A model generated the notes under the pieces. It saw only the letters and a list, made by a program, of their open reading frames with translations, had not been told where the DNA came from and did not search any database. From Eledone cirrhosa (Eukaryota), in contig OZ024759.1 of NCBI GenBank assembly GCA_964016885.1, forward strand, positions 33,976,001-34,040,000: 64,000 nt of DNA. The letters are read 5' to 3'. Shown here in pieces: positions 15,183 through 30,161 of the stretch. How positions within the stretch are numbered: the stretch's first letter is position 1; each line of letters opens with the position of its first letter. A program made the translations under genes and the position numbers.

Positions 15183-16130
15183 TATATAGAGAGAGAGGGA
15201 GAGATACAAACACACATATATACATACATGTTTCTCTGTGTATATATACATACATGTTTCTCTGTATATATAAATAGATATATAGTAATGTTTATTGAAA
15301 CGGAAATATAGTTGCGCTTAGGTATCTAGATAGTTAGATTAATAGAAAAAGAGTGTTATTTAAAGGGAGAGTTTTGAAATTTTAAATATTGATAGATTTC
15401 TATATATATACACATAGGTAATTATATACACAGATATATATAATTATATATACACATATATAATTATATATACACGTATGTTATTAGATAAATAGTTGGT
15501 GACATGTTAAATAGAGCGACCGACAAATATAGCTTTCTACTAGTAAATAGACGGTCAGAACGATGTAGAGAGTGAAAAATTGATAAACATGGTTGGATTG
15601 AATTAGGCAGAGAGTATATAGATAAATATATTTATAGAGTGAGTGGATAGAGAGTGTGACTGGGGAGAAAGGGTGACTGGGGAGAGAGGGTGACTGGGGA
15701 GAGAGGGGAGTTGGTGGAGAGTGAGTGGGCAGGGGATGTGGGGAGGGAGGGTGAGTTGATGGAGAAAGTGAGGGGGCAGAGAGGGTGAGTGGCCAGAGAG
15801 GGTGAGTGGGCAGAGAGGGTGAGTAGTAGGAGAGTGTGACTGGGGAGAGAAGGTGAGTGGTGAAAAAGGGAGAGTCGGTGGAGAGAGTGAGTGGAGAGAG
15901 AGGGTAAGTTGTTGGAGAGAGTGAGTGAGCAGAGAGTATGAGTGGTGAAAGAGTGAGTCAGTAAAGAGAGGGGAGAGAGGGTGATATACATGGAGAGGGA
16001 ACTAGAGGGAACGATAGGAATGAGAAAAGAATAAAACATGTATATGTGTATATAAGTATATACACTATTCATATACATGCATGTGTGTAAGTATATATAC
16101 ATTAACGACGTTTTGCACACGAACACAGAT

Positions 16131-16162
<32 letters not shown>

Positions 16163-16261
16163 GTATATGTATATATATATATATATCCATTCACATATAT
16201 GTAAATATGTATGTGTATAAATGTGTATATAGCTTTTCATATATAAATGCAAGCGAGTAAT

Positions 16262-16376
<115 letters not shown>

Positions 16377-16414
16377 GTGTGTGTGTATGTATATATATAG
16401 AGAGAGTGAGAGAG

Positions 16415-16611
16415 AGGAAAAAGTATGACCCCGAGTTCAAGCCGTTTCGACGGCTATTTCTGGACTAAAATAGTCCAGAAGTAGCTGTCGAAACGGCTTG
16501 AGCTCTGCCGTCGGGGTCATACTTTCTCCTATTACCCACTCTACTACCCTAAGTATTGAGTATTCTGGTGCGTTATGGTCCATCTGGTTCCTTACCACAC
16601 TTCCTTCGTTA
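16415..16611 (+). mobile_element. Family A element
   Basis: Same conserved end; palindrome centred on CTGGACTA-aaa-TAGTCCAG. Confidence 0.85.
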
Positions 16612-16650
16612 TATAGATATATATATATAAATATATATATATATATTATA

Positions 16651-16681
<31 letters not shown>

Positions 16682-16779
16682 TATATATATATATTATATA
16701 TATATATATTATATATATATATATATATTATATATATATATTATATATATATATATATATTATATATATATATATATAT

Positions 16780-16813
<34 letters not shown>

Positions 16814-16907
16814 ATATTATATATATATATATATATAAAATATATATATATATCTATTATATATATATATATCTATATATAATATATAGATATATATATA
16901 TTATATA

Positions 16908-16990
<83 letters not shown>

Positions 16991-16992
16991 TA

Positions 16993-17161
16993 TAACGAAG
17001 GAAATGTGGTAAGGAACCAGGTGGACCATAACGCACCAAAGTTCTCAATACTTAGGGTAGTAGAGTGGGTAATAGGAGAAAGTATGACCCCGACGGTAGA
17101 GCTCAAGCCGTTTCGACGGCTAATTCTGGACGAAACGGCTTGAGCTCAGCCGTCGGGGTCT
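16993..17161 (-). mobile_element. Family A element (tail-to-tail with the previous copy across a TA tract)
   Basis: Reverse complement of the family A consensus with a short terminal inversion. Confidence 0.85.
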
Positions 17162-17165
17162 TATA

Positions 17166-17228
<63 letters not shown>

Positions 17229-17292
17229 AATGAAAAATGGTGTGATGTGTTGTTGCAAAGGTGATATACAAATTAAAATGAAGAATTATTCA

Positions 17293-17337
<45 letters not shown>

Positions 17338-17634
17338 ACACATGCATACCTATTAATGCATTCACATATATGTAAATACAGTGAGCGTGAATATTTATAT
17401 ATATGCATATATATATATAAATATATATAAAGATAGATATATACACAGATCAGTATTTATGAACAGAGGGGCTTGCAGTGAGAGAAAGAAGGTGACAACG
17501 AGAGAGTGGGTGAGAAAGAGCGAGAGTAAGAGAGGGGAAGAAATACAGGGAAAGAGAGAGAGATCGAGAGGGAAACAGTGAGGAAGAAAGACAGAGAAAG
17601 AGATCGAGATCGAGAGGGAAAGAGTGAGGATGAA

Positions 17635-17718
<84 letters not shown>

Positions 17719-18003
17719 TGAAAGAGATGGAGAGAGAAAGAGGTAAAAGAGAAAGAAAGAAAACGAAAGCATGTGAAATACATAATGATATGCATATAAA
17801 CGAGTATTGAATTATATCGTTATTTTCACATCTCTACCGAATGTATATAATATAATTTGAAATATGAATTAAGAATTAAAATGTGAAATTATAATATAAA
17901 TGAGATCTGTCCATCACTGCACACACGTTATTGTGTTCCAGAAATAGTCAGTAGTCTTTAACGATGGATGTGCAGGAGTCTGTATGTGTGTGTGTGTGTA
18001 TGT

Positions 18004-18080
<77 letters not shown>

Positions 18081-19190
18081 GTGTATGTGTTTGTGTGGCT
18101 TACATACCACATACATCGTTAAAGATTTCATGGGTATATACAAATATACATATATATAATTGCATGAGTCACACTCACACACGCACATAACAAACACACA
18201 CAAACAATTAACACACACACATATTACACACACACACATATCACATTCATAGCACACACACACACAAAGCTTCTGCATATCCATACTTACAGACCTCATG
18301 AGCATATGCACACATACATATATATAATTAGATGAGTCACACTCATACACACACATAACACACAATTAACACACACACACACATATTACACACATATATC
18401 ACACACATATATCTCATATTCATAGCACACACACACATGCACATAACAGAAGCTCCTGTACATCCATAGTTAAAGAAGTCAAGAGTATATACAAACACAC
18501 CTATATATAACACTACATTTTCTGAATCACTCAGCACAAACGCTGTTAAGTCTAACATCTCTGTGGTCTTCTGTTTCTGCTGGAAAAATAAAGTCACGGA
18601 ATCATTATTTAGAAAATTATACTCACTTAAAGACATAGTTTAAATAATGTGTTTACCAAGCCTAAATTTCTACTGTATACGTTGCGAACGGTGGTTATTG
18701 CATGGGGTACTCTCCACAAACTTGCCTAACAGAAACAGGACTGGAAGCATTTCGTGGTTACCCAACACACCAGAGAACATAACGAGAATTAGTAGGACAA
18801 TGCTTACTGCCAATACATATAATCTGTTATTCTGCTTATTCTTATAATCCGGTATAATAATTATTACTAAAATGTACTAATGTTACGCTAATTTCAACAA
18901 GACTAAACCTTTCTTTTCTGAGAATGTCGTACTAGACTTCAACAGAAATTACGACCAAAGTATAGCATGATACTGGAGGACTGGATTAATTAGGTCAAAT
19001 CAATGGCAAAAAATTCATTGCTAAGAGTTCATAAACAGAATTCTTCGCCACGCAAGCATGGCGTTTCTTAGAATGAAGTGTGGAAGCAAAGATGAAGAAG
19101 GCTTATATAAGACAGTAACAGAATATAGATAAATAACAGCAAAGGAAATAGGATTTTATCAATGAGAATATTAGGAAAAATAACAGAATA

Positions 19191-19308
<118 letters not shown>

Positions 19309-19335
19309 CATGCGCGTAATCAACCAATAAACATA

Positions 19336-19510
19336 ATTGTTTCTACTTTAGGCACAAAGCCAGCAATTACCAGTACATTACTGGTACTTTATTTTATCGA
19401 CCCCGTAAGGATGAAAGGCAAAGTTAACCTCGACGAGGATTTGAACTCAAACCGTAAAGGGACGTAACTATGATAGAAAGCATGGCGTCCAACCCTCTAC
19501 TGATACTCAA
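19336..19510 (-). mobile_element. Major-family SINE
   Basis: Same consensus as 13771-13957. Confidence 0.85.
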
Positions 19511-19570
19511 TAAACATAATGAAGGGTAACCAAACGTCCTTGTTATTTTATATCACAATATATATATACG

Positions 19571-19642
<72 letters not shown>

Positions 19643-19690
19643 GTATATACACACAATATATTAGCCGCAGTAGTATTAGTGGTGGTATTG

Positions 19691-19747
<57 letters not shown>

Positions 19748-20204
19748 ATAGTAGTAGCAGTAGTAGTAGTAGCAGCAGCAGCAACCGCACGGGTACACAG
19801 CAGTCATCACAACAACACAATCAACCGCAGCAGCAGCATTAGATTTATCAGTAACAATATAATTTATGCCTTAGAAGGTGGTGGTGGATGAGGTAGTGGT
19901 AGCAGTTGGTGTTGCTGGTGATATTGGTAACTACTAACAGATTATTATCAGCTGCTGCAGGAGATGCTACTCGTTGATAAGATAAACAATCTGAAAACGA
20001 GGCCAGCTCAATGAAGATATCTTTGATTTTGTCATCAGATGCAATAGATATTTGCACGTGATACATCTTAGAAACTGTTTACATTAGCTTCCACCCATCC
20101 TCCATCTTTCTTTCTTTAATCTTCGACTTACCTGTTCCTCTACTCCACCTCCGTCTGCTCCACTGTCTTTTCTCTCCTCCTACACCTCCACTACTTCAAT
20201 ATCA

Positions 20205-20385
20205 TTGCAGTATCGATAGAGCGTCGGGCGCACTGCTTTGAAGCATAGAGTTACCTCCCTTTATGATCTGAGTTCAAATCCCGCCGAGGTTAACTTTGCC
20301 TTTCACCCTTACGGGGTCGATAAAATAAAGTACTAGTAATCTACTGGGATAATTGCTGGCCTTGTGCCAAAATGTAGAAACAAAT
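20205..20385 (+). mobile_element. Major-family SINE
   Basis: Same consensus, + strand. Confidence 0.85.
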
Positions 20386-21109
20386 ATCGTCATTATCATC
20401 ATTATTATTATCATGTTCCACCACCACCGTCTTCCTCTCTTCAACAAGCATACCTCCCCTCCCCCATGCCTCCTTCCTCCGTCTTCCTCATTTCTTCCTC
20501 ATCCTTCTCCACCTTCAACACGTCTACCTCCTTCTTCACCACCTCCGACTCCATCGTCTACACTTCCACCTCCCGCCATTACTCTTCCTCAACCACCACC
20601 TCCACCACCTCCTCCTCCACATTCATTTCCACCACTACAACCTTCACCACAACCGCACCCTTCACTACCACCACCACCAGCTCCACTAGCACCACCACCA
20701 CCACTACATCCCCCTCCCCATCCTCCTCACATTAATTCTCCCTCATTAAGACCAAAAAATATCTCTATTCTGTCTTCCATGTTTGTTTCACTCCTTCAAT
20801 CTTCAATTAAATCAAATCAATGGCTTCTTTCTTTCTGTCCTTCTTTCCTTCTTTCTTTCTTCATTTCCTTCTCTCTTTCCGTCTGTCCTTCTTTCTTTCT
20901 TTCTGTCTTTCTTTCTTCCTTTCCTTCTCTCTTTCCTTCACTTTTTTCTTTCCTTACAATATTTCTCTCATTTTTTATCAGTCTTTACTTTTTCCTTCGG
21001 ATTACATTCATTTCTTTCAGTTTTACATTAATTGTTTATTGTTATCGTTCTCACTTTCCATCAACTATCTCTTCTCTTTCTTTCTTACGTTACTTGTCTT
21101 GTCCTTCTG

Positions 21110-21355
21110 TTTCTCGGCAAAGGCTGAGCATTCCACAGACACGTGTACCCTTGACGTAATTATCAGGGAGATTCAGCGTGAATGTGACAAACCTGGCCAT
21201 ACGAACTACAGGTACATCTCATGCTTGCCATCTAAGTGTACACTGCAGGAACATGAAATTAGGTGTCTTGTTCAAGTACATAACGCGCCGCAGGGAATCG
21301 AACTCCCAACCTTAAGATTGGGAACCTAATACCCTAACCACAAAGCCATGCATCT
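21110..21355 (-). mobile_element. tRNA-derived SINE related to 4255-4640
   Basis: TGAAATTAGGTGTCTTGTTCAAG.ACATAACGCGCCG..GGGAATCGAACTC..ACCTTAAGATTG...CCCTAACCAC; related fragments at 10986-11090 (+) and 43065-43197 (-). Confidence 0.65.
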
Positions 21356-21710
21356 TAAAAAAAACTAAGAAACTTCCTAAACAACAAATAATTCAAAAGA
21401 CTCAAATAATCCGAAAATATTAAAGACGCCAACAATCTATTTTTAAAAAGCCACCATGACACCTTATGTCGTTACGCAGGTATTTATAATGTCATCCCTG
21501 ATACCTTCATTCAACAAACAGCCTGGTTTAAGGTGTAAAGAATGTCGCCATATTTCCACTTTAACGATTCACGATAAATCAAGAATTAATGTATAATTTA
21601 AGATATATAATTAAATCATAGAATTCTTATTGCTGTTTACAATCGACGATTTCGAAAGTCTGTGTGTATGTATATATATTTATATAATATATATATATAT
21701 ATATACATAT

Positions 21711-22272
21711 GGTGGCTGCCAACTCGTTTTCGAGTACGGCCACTACTTTATATCCATGTAGGAGAACCCCTACCAATGCGCTGAACGAGTGTGACTTTTT
21801 AGTCCAGCCAGCGACTTGAAAACTGTGGTACAAACACTACACTTTTGACAATTATTGACACATAGTGCTGGGCCCATGGTACCATGTGACGACAAGTGCA
21901 TAGAGATCTCCAGATATAAAGCAATGCCTGTTCCGTGAAGCTTTTATAGTGAGCAAAGGCACTGCACAAAGCCAGTCCCACTCTCTTAACCAAGATGAAA
22001 TTTACAAAAAAGAACAAGTCAACATCATTGGATACTATCAGGGTTGCAGGTGTTATATCAGAGTTTTACTTCTCCTAGAATTCTGCCTTGACAAAAGCTA
22101 GGGGGTCATCTCTCCCGGTGATTTTGGATGGCCATTGACTCTTAAGAGCTCCTTTGCCCTTTGACAGGTTTTGTTTTTAGTCCTGCAGGATGTCCAAAGT
22201 CACCCTCCTCACCAAGAAAACTTGTTGGGGTTGCCAGTTTAGTCGCCAACGACCCGACCATGAGACAGCTTG
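21711..22272 (-). mobile_element. Probable RTE-type LINE 5' region fragment
   Basis: GC-richer block between TA tracts; GGGGTTGCCAGTTTAGTCGCC..CGACCCGACCATG resembles RTE 5' UTRs as I recall them, not verified. Confidence 0.35.
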
Positions 22273-22336
<64 letters not shown>

Positions 22337-22359
<23 letters not shown>

Positions 22360-22525
22360 ATACATTAACAGAGAAAGTGTTAAGCAATACTCCGACCGGC
22401 TTCCGTCTCACTCAACAAACATTAGGATATACCTTAGTATAATCCCAATTATACCTTTGGGGTTCTAACTATACGTATTTTGCGGATAGCCAGTTGTATT
22501 ATTTTATATGAGACATAATTAAAAT
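22337..22525 (-). mobile_element. Family D (TA)n-adjacent element
   Basis: Reverse complement aligns with 54610-54776 (CCTAATGTTTGTTGAGTGAGA...CTCTGTTA.TGTATTAA). Confidence 0.65.
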
Positions 22526-22591
22526 ACATCTCTTTCCAAACGACCGTTTCATTATAATTGTGTGTATATGTATATATATATATGTACACAC

Positions 22592-22658
<67 letters not shown>

Positions 22659-22671
22659 ATACACACACATG

Positions 22672-22717
<46 letters not shown>

Positions 22718-22739
22718 ATATATATATATATACACACAC

Positions 22740-22793
<54 letters not shown>

Positions 22794-22952
22794 ATATATG
22801 TATATATATATATATATTATATATATGTATATATATATTATATATATAATATATATAATATATATTATATATATATATATATAATATATATATATATATA
22901 TTATATATATATATATTATATATATATATACATTATATATATATATATATAT

Positions 22953-22986
<34 letters not shown>

Positions 22987-23590
22987 ATATAATATATATA
23001 TATATATATACTTGTGTATTTCTCTGTGTATGCGTGTGTATATTTATAGATATATACGTGTATATATGTGTATATGTATGTATATATATATATATATGTG
23101 TATATGTATATGTATGTGTATATGTATATATATATTTAAAAATTCATATAAAACAATTAAATGTATCGAATTTTTCAGTTTCTTATAATTTCCTTATCTA
23201 AACTTTAAATAATTACAGTTTTATTGTTATATTATTTTATTTCTTTATATCAATTAATATCTTTTTTCTATTTCTCGGGTATCAGAGAAAAAAAAAATAT
23301 TTATCGCTGTGATCAAAACATCATTTTATGTTCTGGTCATCGCAAGATCACTAACCCTCACCCTAGTTCACCACCCTCTTCGCTATTTATCATGGCACGA
23401 TAAGGTAAAAAATAATACTGTTTATCTTTGAAAAATCTTGGTATCGTTTAATCTTTGTTATTAATACCGAGTTCTTCCACCTTATATATATATATATATA
23501 TATATGTATATGTATATATATGTATGTTTATATGTGTATATATAATATATATATATATATATATACATTTACAAACACACACACAGACTC

Positions 23591-23695
<105 letters not shown>

Positions 23696-23795
23696 AACAC
23701 ACCTGTATGTATATATTTATTTTTATATATCGCCCTACTCCATCTTAATCTTTTTTTATATATGGGGAAAAAAATAATAACAATAATGCTACTGT

Positions 23796-23833
<38 letters not shown>

Positions 23834-23883
23834 TTGTTCCTATAAATATTTGACCTACTACTACTACCAACTAGATTTAGTCA

Positions 23884-23945
<62 letters not shown>

Positions 23946-24286
23946 CCAGTAGTACGAGCAGTAGTATTAGTAGTAATATTAGTAGAAGCAGTATTAGTTG
24001 TAGTAGATTTAGTAGTAATGGTATTAGGATATGATAATATTAGAAATAATTATTATTAATATTCTTATAGCTACTTCATATCTGTGTTGTTGTCTTTATC
24101 ATATTTTAAAATCTCATTTTATTTCTCGCCATCTTTATTTATTTTCTCTTTAGATTTATTTCATCTTTTTTAATATGTTTTCTATTGCTTTTGTTTGTTT
24201 CTTTATTTTTTTTCAATCCGTTCTCGTTTAAAATATCTTTCAGAAATCTTTGGTTTTTATTTCTTTCTTCTTATCTTCATTCCTTT

Positions 24287-24394
<108 letters not shown>

Positions 24395-24439
24395 TCTCTC
24401 TCTCTCTCCTTCTCTCTCTCTGTATATATATATATATAA

Positions 24440-24477
<38 letters not shown>

Positions 24478-24526
24478 ATGTATATATATATGTGTATGTA
24501 TATATCAATAGATATATATATATAAG

Positions 24527-24800
24527 GATATAAATAATAATAACAATATCATATTTTAAAAAATACTCACAAAAACATACAAAAACATCTGAAACAGTAA
24601 CAACAAAAACACATAGGTCAATGACAAATCTTGTATTTATCTTTCTTTGATATATATATATATATATATATATATATCAAAGAAAGATAAATACAACATT
24701 TGTCATTGACCTATGTGTTTTTGTTGTTACTGTTTCAGATGTTTTTGTATGTTTTTGTGAGTATTTTTAAAAATATGATATTGTTATTATTATTTATATC
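24527..24800. repeat. Near-perfect palindrome with about 123-bp arms centred on (TA)n
   Basis: 24527-24649 is the reverse complement of 24677-24800 with about 2 mismatches. Confidence 0.9.
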
Positions 24801-25096
24801 TTTATTGTTATTGATGTCCTTATTGTTGTTATTTTTAACTTTTTTATATTGCTAATTGGTAATGTTGTTGTTGTTGTTGTTGCTGTCCCTGCTGTTGCTT
24901 TTTTATTACTTTTCTATTAAGAGTCCCCATGTAAATTCTGCTCCTTTCTCTACAACCCACAAGATGACACTGGTATTAATGTTTTCAACGGGAATGATGG
25001 GAGTAATGTGAAATGAAATATCATAATTAAGTACTAAGAAGCACTGAAAGCAGCGATTCTTTGCTTAAACTTTAATCTGTTATTTTAATAAATATA

Positions 25097-25132
<36 letters not shown>

Positions 25133-25710
25133 CTTCCACGCACATACACATATATAAATATATACATACATATATGCACACACACATATATTACATATAC
25201 ACACACGTATTGCATATATACACACGCATATATACACACATATATATATATATATATACACGCATTAACCCTAACACTTATGACGATAGCGTAAATGTAG
25301 GTTATGATAGGACAACGCGACATTATACCACACGTAGAGATGCCATGAAATCCGAGCGAAGTTACAGTAGAACTTCACAGGATTTAGATAGTAGAAGCCA
25401 GGTTTAAATATGTAATATAATTACCATGCTTCGTATGCTACTTTCTATAATATCCACTTAAATTAGTCTCTACCATAATAAAATCACGCTCCACTTTGTA
25501 ATTATTCCATTAAGTTGGAGCATTAGCTAACTCTTAAAAGCCTGTATTAACTGTAACATATAATCCAGAATTCTGCAATTCTAGGAATCTGATGCCAATG
25601 ATCTCTCCACGACCAACACTAAATACTAATGTTTATATGTGATACGTTTAACGATATCTCATTCTGTCAAATCATATGTAAAATTCTAACTATTGTAACC
25701 AGTTATTATT

Positions 25711-25935
25711 GTGAATTGGCAGTATCGGTAGAGGGTCGGACGCCATGCTTTGCCTCATAGAGTTACGGCCCTTTATGATCTGAGTTCAAATCCCGCCGAG
25801 GTTAACTTTGCCTTTCATCCTTACGGGGTCGATAAAATAAAGTACCAGTCACGCACTGAGGTCAATTTCATCGAACCCCCCCCCCCCCAACAAAAAAAAA
25901 TTTGCTCTCCTTGTGCCTACATAAGAAACCATTAT
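25711..25935 (+). mobile_element. Major-family SINE (variant tail)
   Basis: Same head and body; tail GAGGTCAATTTCATCGAA...CCTTGTGCCTA. Confidence 0.8.
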
Positions 25936-26386
25936 TACAACAAAAATGAAGCGTTTATATTCATATTATCAATTTGTGCTAAACGTACACACTTACTTTC
26001 ATAAATATAAACTTACATACAAACATGCATACTTCCATATGTAGGTATCTGTATATATTGTTGGTTTTAATGCGTATATATGTAGGAAGAGATGCATATG
26101 TATGTGGCTGACTAAGCAGACATGATTTTACTCCCAACCTTCTACTTCTCTATCATCCAGATCCCTCCTTTAATGGTCCTTCATCTTAGGATGAAAGACT
26201 ATTATCCAAAATCAGAAATTTTAAAACATTATTCCTATTATATAGTATGAAATGTGCGCGTTTGAGGTATTTTTGCAAGAGCTCAGCCATCGGTCCCTGA
26301 CTCTTTATGATATAATCATACTCTACCAACCCAAGTTTCCAGTACTCTGCTGAGTAATGGTCTGACAAGATTCAAATTAAATCCTT

Positions 26387-26417
<31 letters not shown>

Positions 26418-26424
26418 AGTATCG

Positions 26425-26494
<70 letters not shown>

Positions 26495-26497
<3 letters not shown>

Positions 26498-26665
26498 CGA
26501 AGGAAATGCGGTAAGGAACCAGGTGGACCATAACGCACCAAAGTACTCAATACTTAGGGTAGTAGTGTGGGTAATAGGAACGAGTAGGACCCCGACGGCT
26601 GAGCTCAAGTCCAGAATTAGCCGTCGAAACGGCTTGAGCTCAGCCGTCGGGGTCCTACTCGTTCC

Positions 26666-26666
<1 letters not shown>
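26495..26666 (-). mobile_element. Family A element
   Basis: TAACGAAGGAAATGCGGTAAGGAACCAGGTGGACC... followed by an inverted segment; (TA)n on both sides. Confidence 0.85.
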
Positions 26667-26697
<31 letters not shown>

Positions 26698-26728
26698 AAT
26701 TACATAATAAACAACACAATATAATTAT

Positions 26729-26795
26729 TCCATTACCACAGGTTTCAAGAATCTAGCCGATCCTTACAGCTCGTTCGGCTCTTTCATCAGATGAA
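26729..26795 (-). ncRNA. Type I hammerhead ribozyme within a fold-back element
   Basis: Minus strand reads TTCAT-CTGATGA-AAGAGCCGA...TCGGCTagaTTCTT-GAA-ACCtgtGGT-A-ATGGA. Canonical core, stems I-III pair, GUA triplet. Confidence 0.8.
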
Positions 26796-26947
26796 CAGAT
26801 CGTCTAGTTTCTTGAAATCTTTGGTAATAGAATATTTATGTTGTGCTGTGTATAATGTAATTAAATAGCTCTGTACTATACACAGAGCACTTTTCTTTCC
26901 TTTACCTTTTCTACGGAAATACTTAACACACACACACATACATACAC

Positions 26948-26979
<32 letters not shown>

Positions 26980-27520
26980 GTTTGTGTGTATATATATGTG
27001 TGTATATATATATGTGTGTGTGTATATGTATATATATATGTATATATATATTTATATGTAGCTTAGCAATTTTTTTTATTTTCATCGACGAAACACATTT
27101 TCCAGTCGATTTTCTTCCGTAATGATGTCTATAGTGATGACGTATACATCGGAGTAATTAGCAATTAGAGCCTATTGCATTTTAGCGTTGTTGATATTGC
27201 ACATATATTGGAGTTATATGTTTTTAGTTGCGATGTTTTGTAGAGTTTATTGATACTGCTATGGTGTGTTGTTGTTGTTTCTGTTGTTGTATGTGTGTGT
27301 GGTGTTGTTTTTGTTGTTGTATATGTGTTGATGATGTTGTTATTGTTACATGTGTTTGTTTGTAATTAAAAGCAGACTTAATTAATACGGATGGAAAATA
27401 TAGACTAAATGTAACTAGTCTCCATTAGCAAGTGAAATGCTCGTGCAAAGAAAATATCATAAATCATTAAAAATTAAAACAATAAAAACAATAACAATAA
27501 AAACAATAATGATAATAATG

Positions 27521-27591
<71 letters not shown>

Positions 27592-27918
27592 TATGATCAC
27601 GAGAGTGCAAGAGAAGGAGAGGGAGAAAATTAACCGATACCAGGACCTAAAGTGGGAGGTGAAAAGGATTTGGAACTGCCATGAAGTCAAAGTGATCCCG
27701 ATTGTCATAGGCGCACTGGGGACTATCTCCAAAAGTTTCCAGGGATGGTTAAAGAAAATCGGCCCCTTCACGCTTTTTGGAACGCTTCAAAAGGCATGCT
27801 TGCTTGGAACAGCAAGAACCCTCCGATACGTCCTGAATATCTGAGGCTGCAGGTAGTGGCTTGATATTCAATCCAACGGACTTTCCAGTTAACCAACATC
27901 AATGACTGAGATTCAAGG
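27592..27918 (+). mobile_element. 3' end of an R4/Dong-clade non-LTR retrotransposon (restriction-like endonuclease C-terminus)
   Basis: Peptide EKEREKINRYQDLKWEVKRIW...VIPIVIGALG...LQKACLLGTARTLRYVL* is typical of the RLE C-terminus. It is flanked on both sides by (AAT)n, the known Dong target. Confidence 0.85.
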
Positions 27919-28177
27919 AATAACAACAACAATAATAATAATAATAATATAAAAAAAACAAAAGAAAACAGAATCCGTATAAACAAGAGGAATGAGAACA
28001 ATAACAACAACAACAACAACAGCAACTATAGTATTAATAAGAGCAAATAATATACACAGCAAAAACAAACTTGGAAATTCAAATTTCATATATAGTCGGC
28101 TATCGGAATGTATTATTACACACGTCGTGATAATTATCGGAGAAAAATTAAAGATATTTGCATACATACACACACAC

Positions 28178-28248
<71 letters not shown>

Positions 28249-28378
28249 AACACACACCCGCAATATCATATATATGTATATATATATATATGTATATCCC
28301 CGTACACATAATGAGTGCATTTAGAGTTACATGTACAGATATAATACGTGCCTGCACATAAAATAGTTTATCCATCTA

Positions 28379-28436
<58 letters not shown>

Positions 28437-28994
28437 ATCCTACATTGAACTAAAACCACACTGTGATACCAAGGGCAATATATCTGCATGTCTGGGCATA
28501 TTGATATATTTGTCAACGAAATATATATATATGTATGTATAACAAATTATAAATGTGAGGAAATAGGCAGTCGTATACATATATTTTCTTCAAATATATA
28601 TATATTTATATAAGTTATAAGAATCAAAGTTCTGATCAAATCATTTATATGCTTACAATTGTTTCCTCCAAACCGAGGTTTGGATTCTTCGGAGCAATTT
28701 ATTAATGGACGATCACATATATGACCTCCTTTTCAACCCAAGAGACATACATATACATATGCAAACATTGTTTCTTGGTAGGTCGACAACCATTACAATA
28801 TTTAGTGTGGCAGTATACATTTAAAGGTTACATTCATAACAAAAGAGGATAAAATCAAAAATTAAGGTTAACATACAACATGAATACTATTGTAAAATAC
28901 AACATGAATACTATTAATGCTATATATATATGTATGTGCGTGTTTGTGTGTGTGTGTGTATATATGTGTGTTTATTTAACAATAATATTAATAA

Positions 28995-29174
28995 CTGTTT
29001 CTACTTAGGCACAAGGCCAGCAATTACCCAGTGCATTACTGGTACTTTATTTTATCGACCCCATAAGGATGAAAGGCAAAGTCAACCTCGGCGAGATTTG
29101 AACTCAGATCGTAAAGGGACGTAACTATGCTGGAAAGCATGGTGTCTGACCCTCTACCGATACTGCCAATCCAC
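28995..29174 (-). mobile_element. Major-family SINE
   Basis: Same consensus. Confidence 0.85.
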
Positions 29175-29539
29175 AAATTAATAACGCTTACTAAAACCTG
29201 GTCATTTCACAGACATTATTGTTAAAATCAAGTATACATATATATATATTTACAATAGTATACTGTAGTTGAATTTGTAATAGTATTTGCACTTAGACAA
29301 AACAAGTAGAAAACATCTAGAACATTATTTACTTATATATGTGTGTGTGTGTGTGAGTGCTCGTGTGTTTATGTGTGTGTGTATGTGTCTATGTAATTTA
29401 AAATAGATTAATTGTTGCCTGAAGAAGATTAGTTAGCGTTAGAATATAGCTATAACTTCGCTATATTAGAAACCTTTTAGAAGCATTAAAGACAATTAGA
29501 AAATCACGTTTATTCATTCATTCACCTATACGTAAAAAG

Positions 29540-29611
<72 letters not shown>

Positions 29612-29665
29612 AGTATGTATACACACATATATATATATATATATACATCTACTACTAACACAACA

Positions 29666-29709
<44 letters not shown>

Positions 29710-29816
29710 AATTACTACTTCTACTACATCTACTACTAACACACATATATACATATGTACATACATATCTATATAAATACATACCTACATATTTGCATAT
29801 ATATATACATACATAC

Positions 29817-29896
<80 letters not shown>

Positions 29897-29985
29897 CTAC
29901 ATATATATATAGAGATATATATACACACCTACATATATATATATATATATATATATACATATCTACATATATATATACATATATA

Positions 29986-30018
<33 letters not shown>

Positions 30019-30123
30019 CTCCATATCTACATATCTATCTATATATATATATATACATATCTACATATATATATATACATATATACACATACATATATAC
30101 ATATATCTACATATCTACATATC

Positions 30124-30161
<38 letters not shown>

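Noticed and set aside
20353-21159. 268-aa proline-rich ORF
   Set aside because: It starts inside a SINE tail and runs through CCA/CCT and CT low-complexity sequence.
29405-29490. CTGAAGA...GAAAC motif (another CTGAAGA at about 44696)
   Set aside because: No consistent stems I and III; such short motifs are expected by chance.
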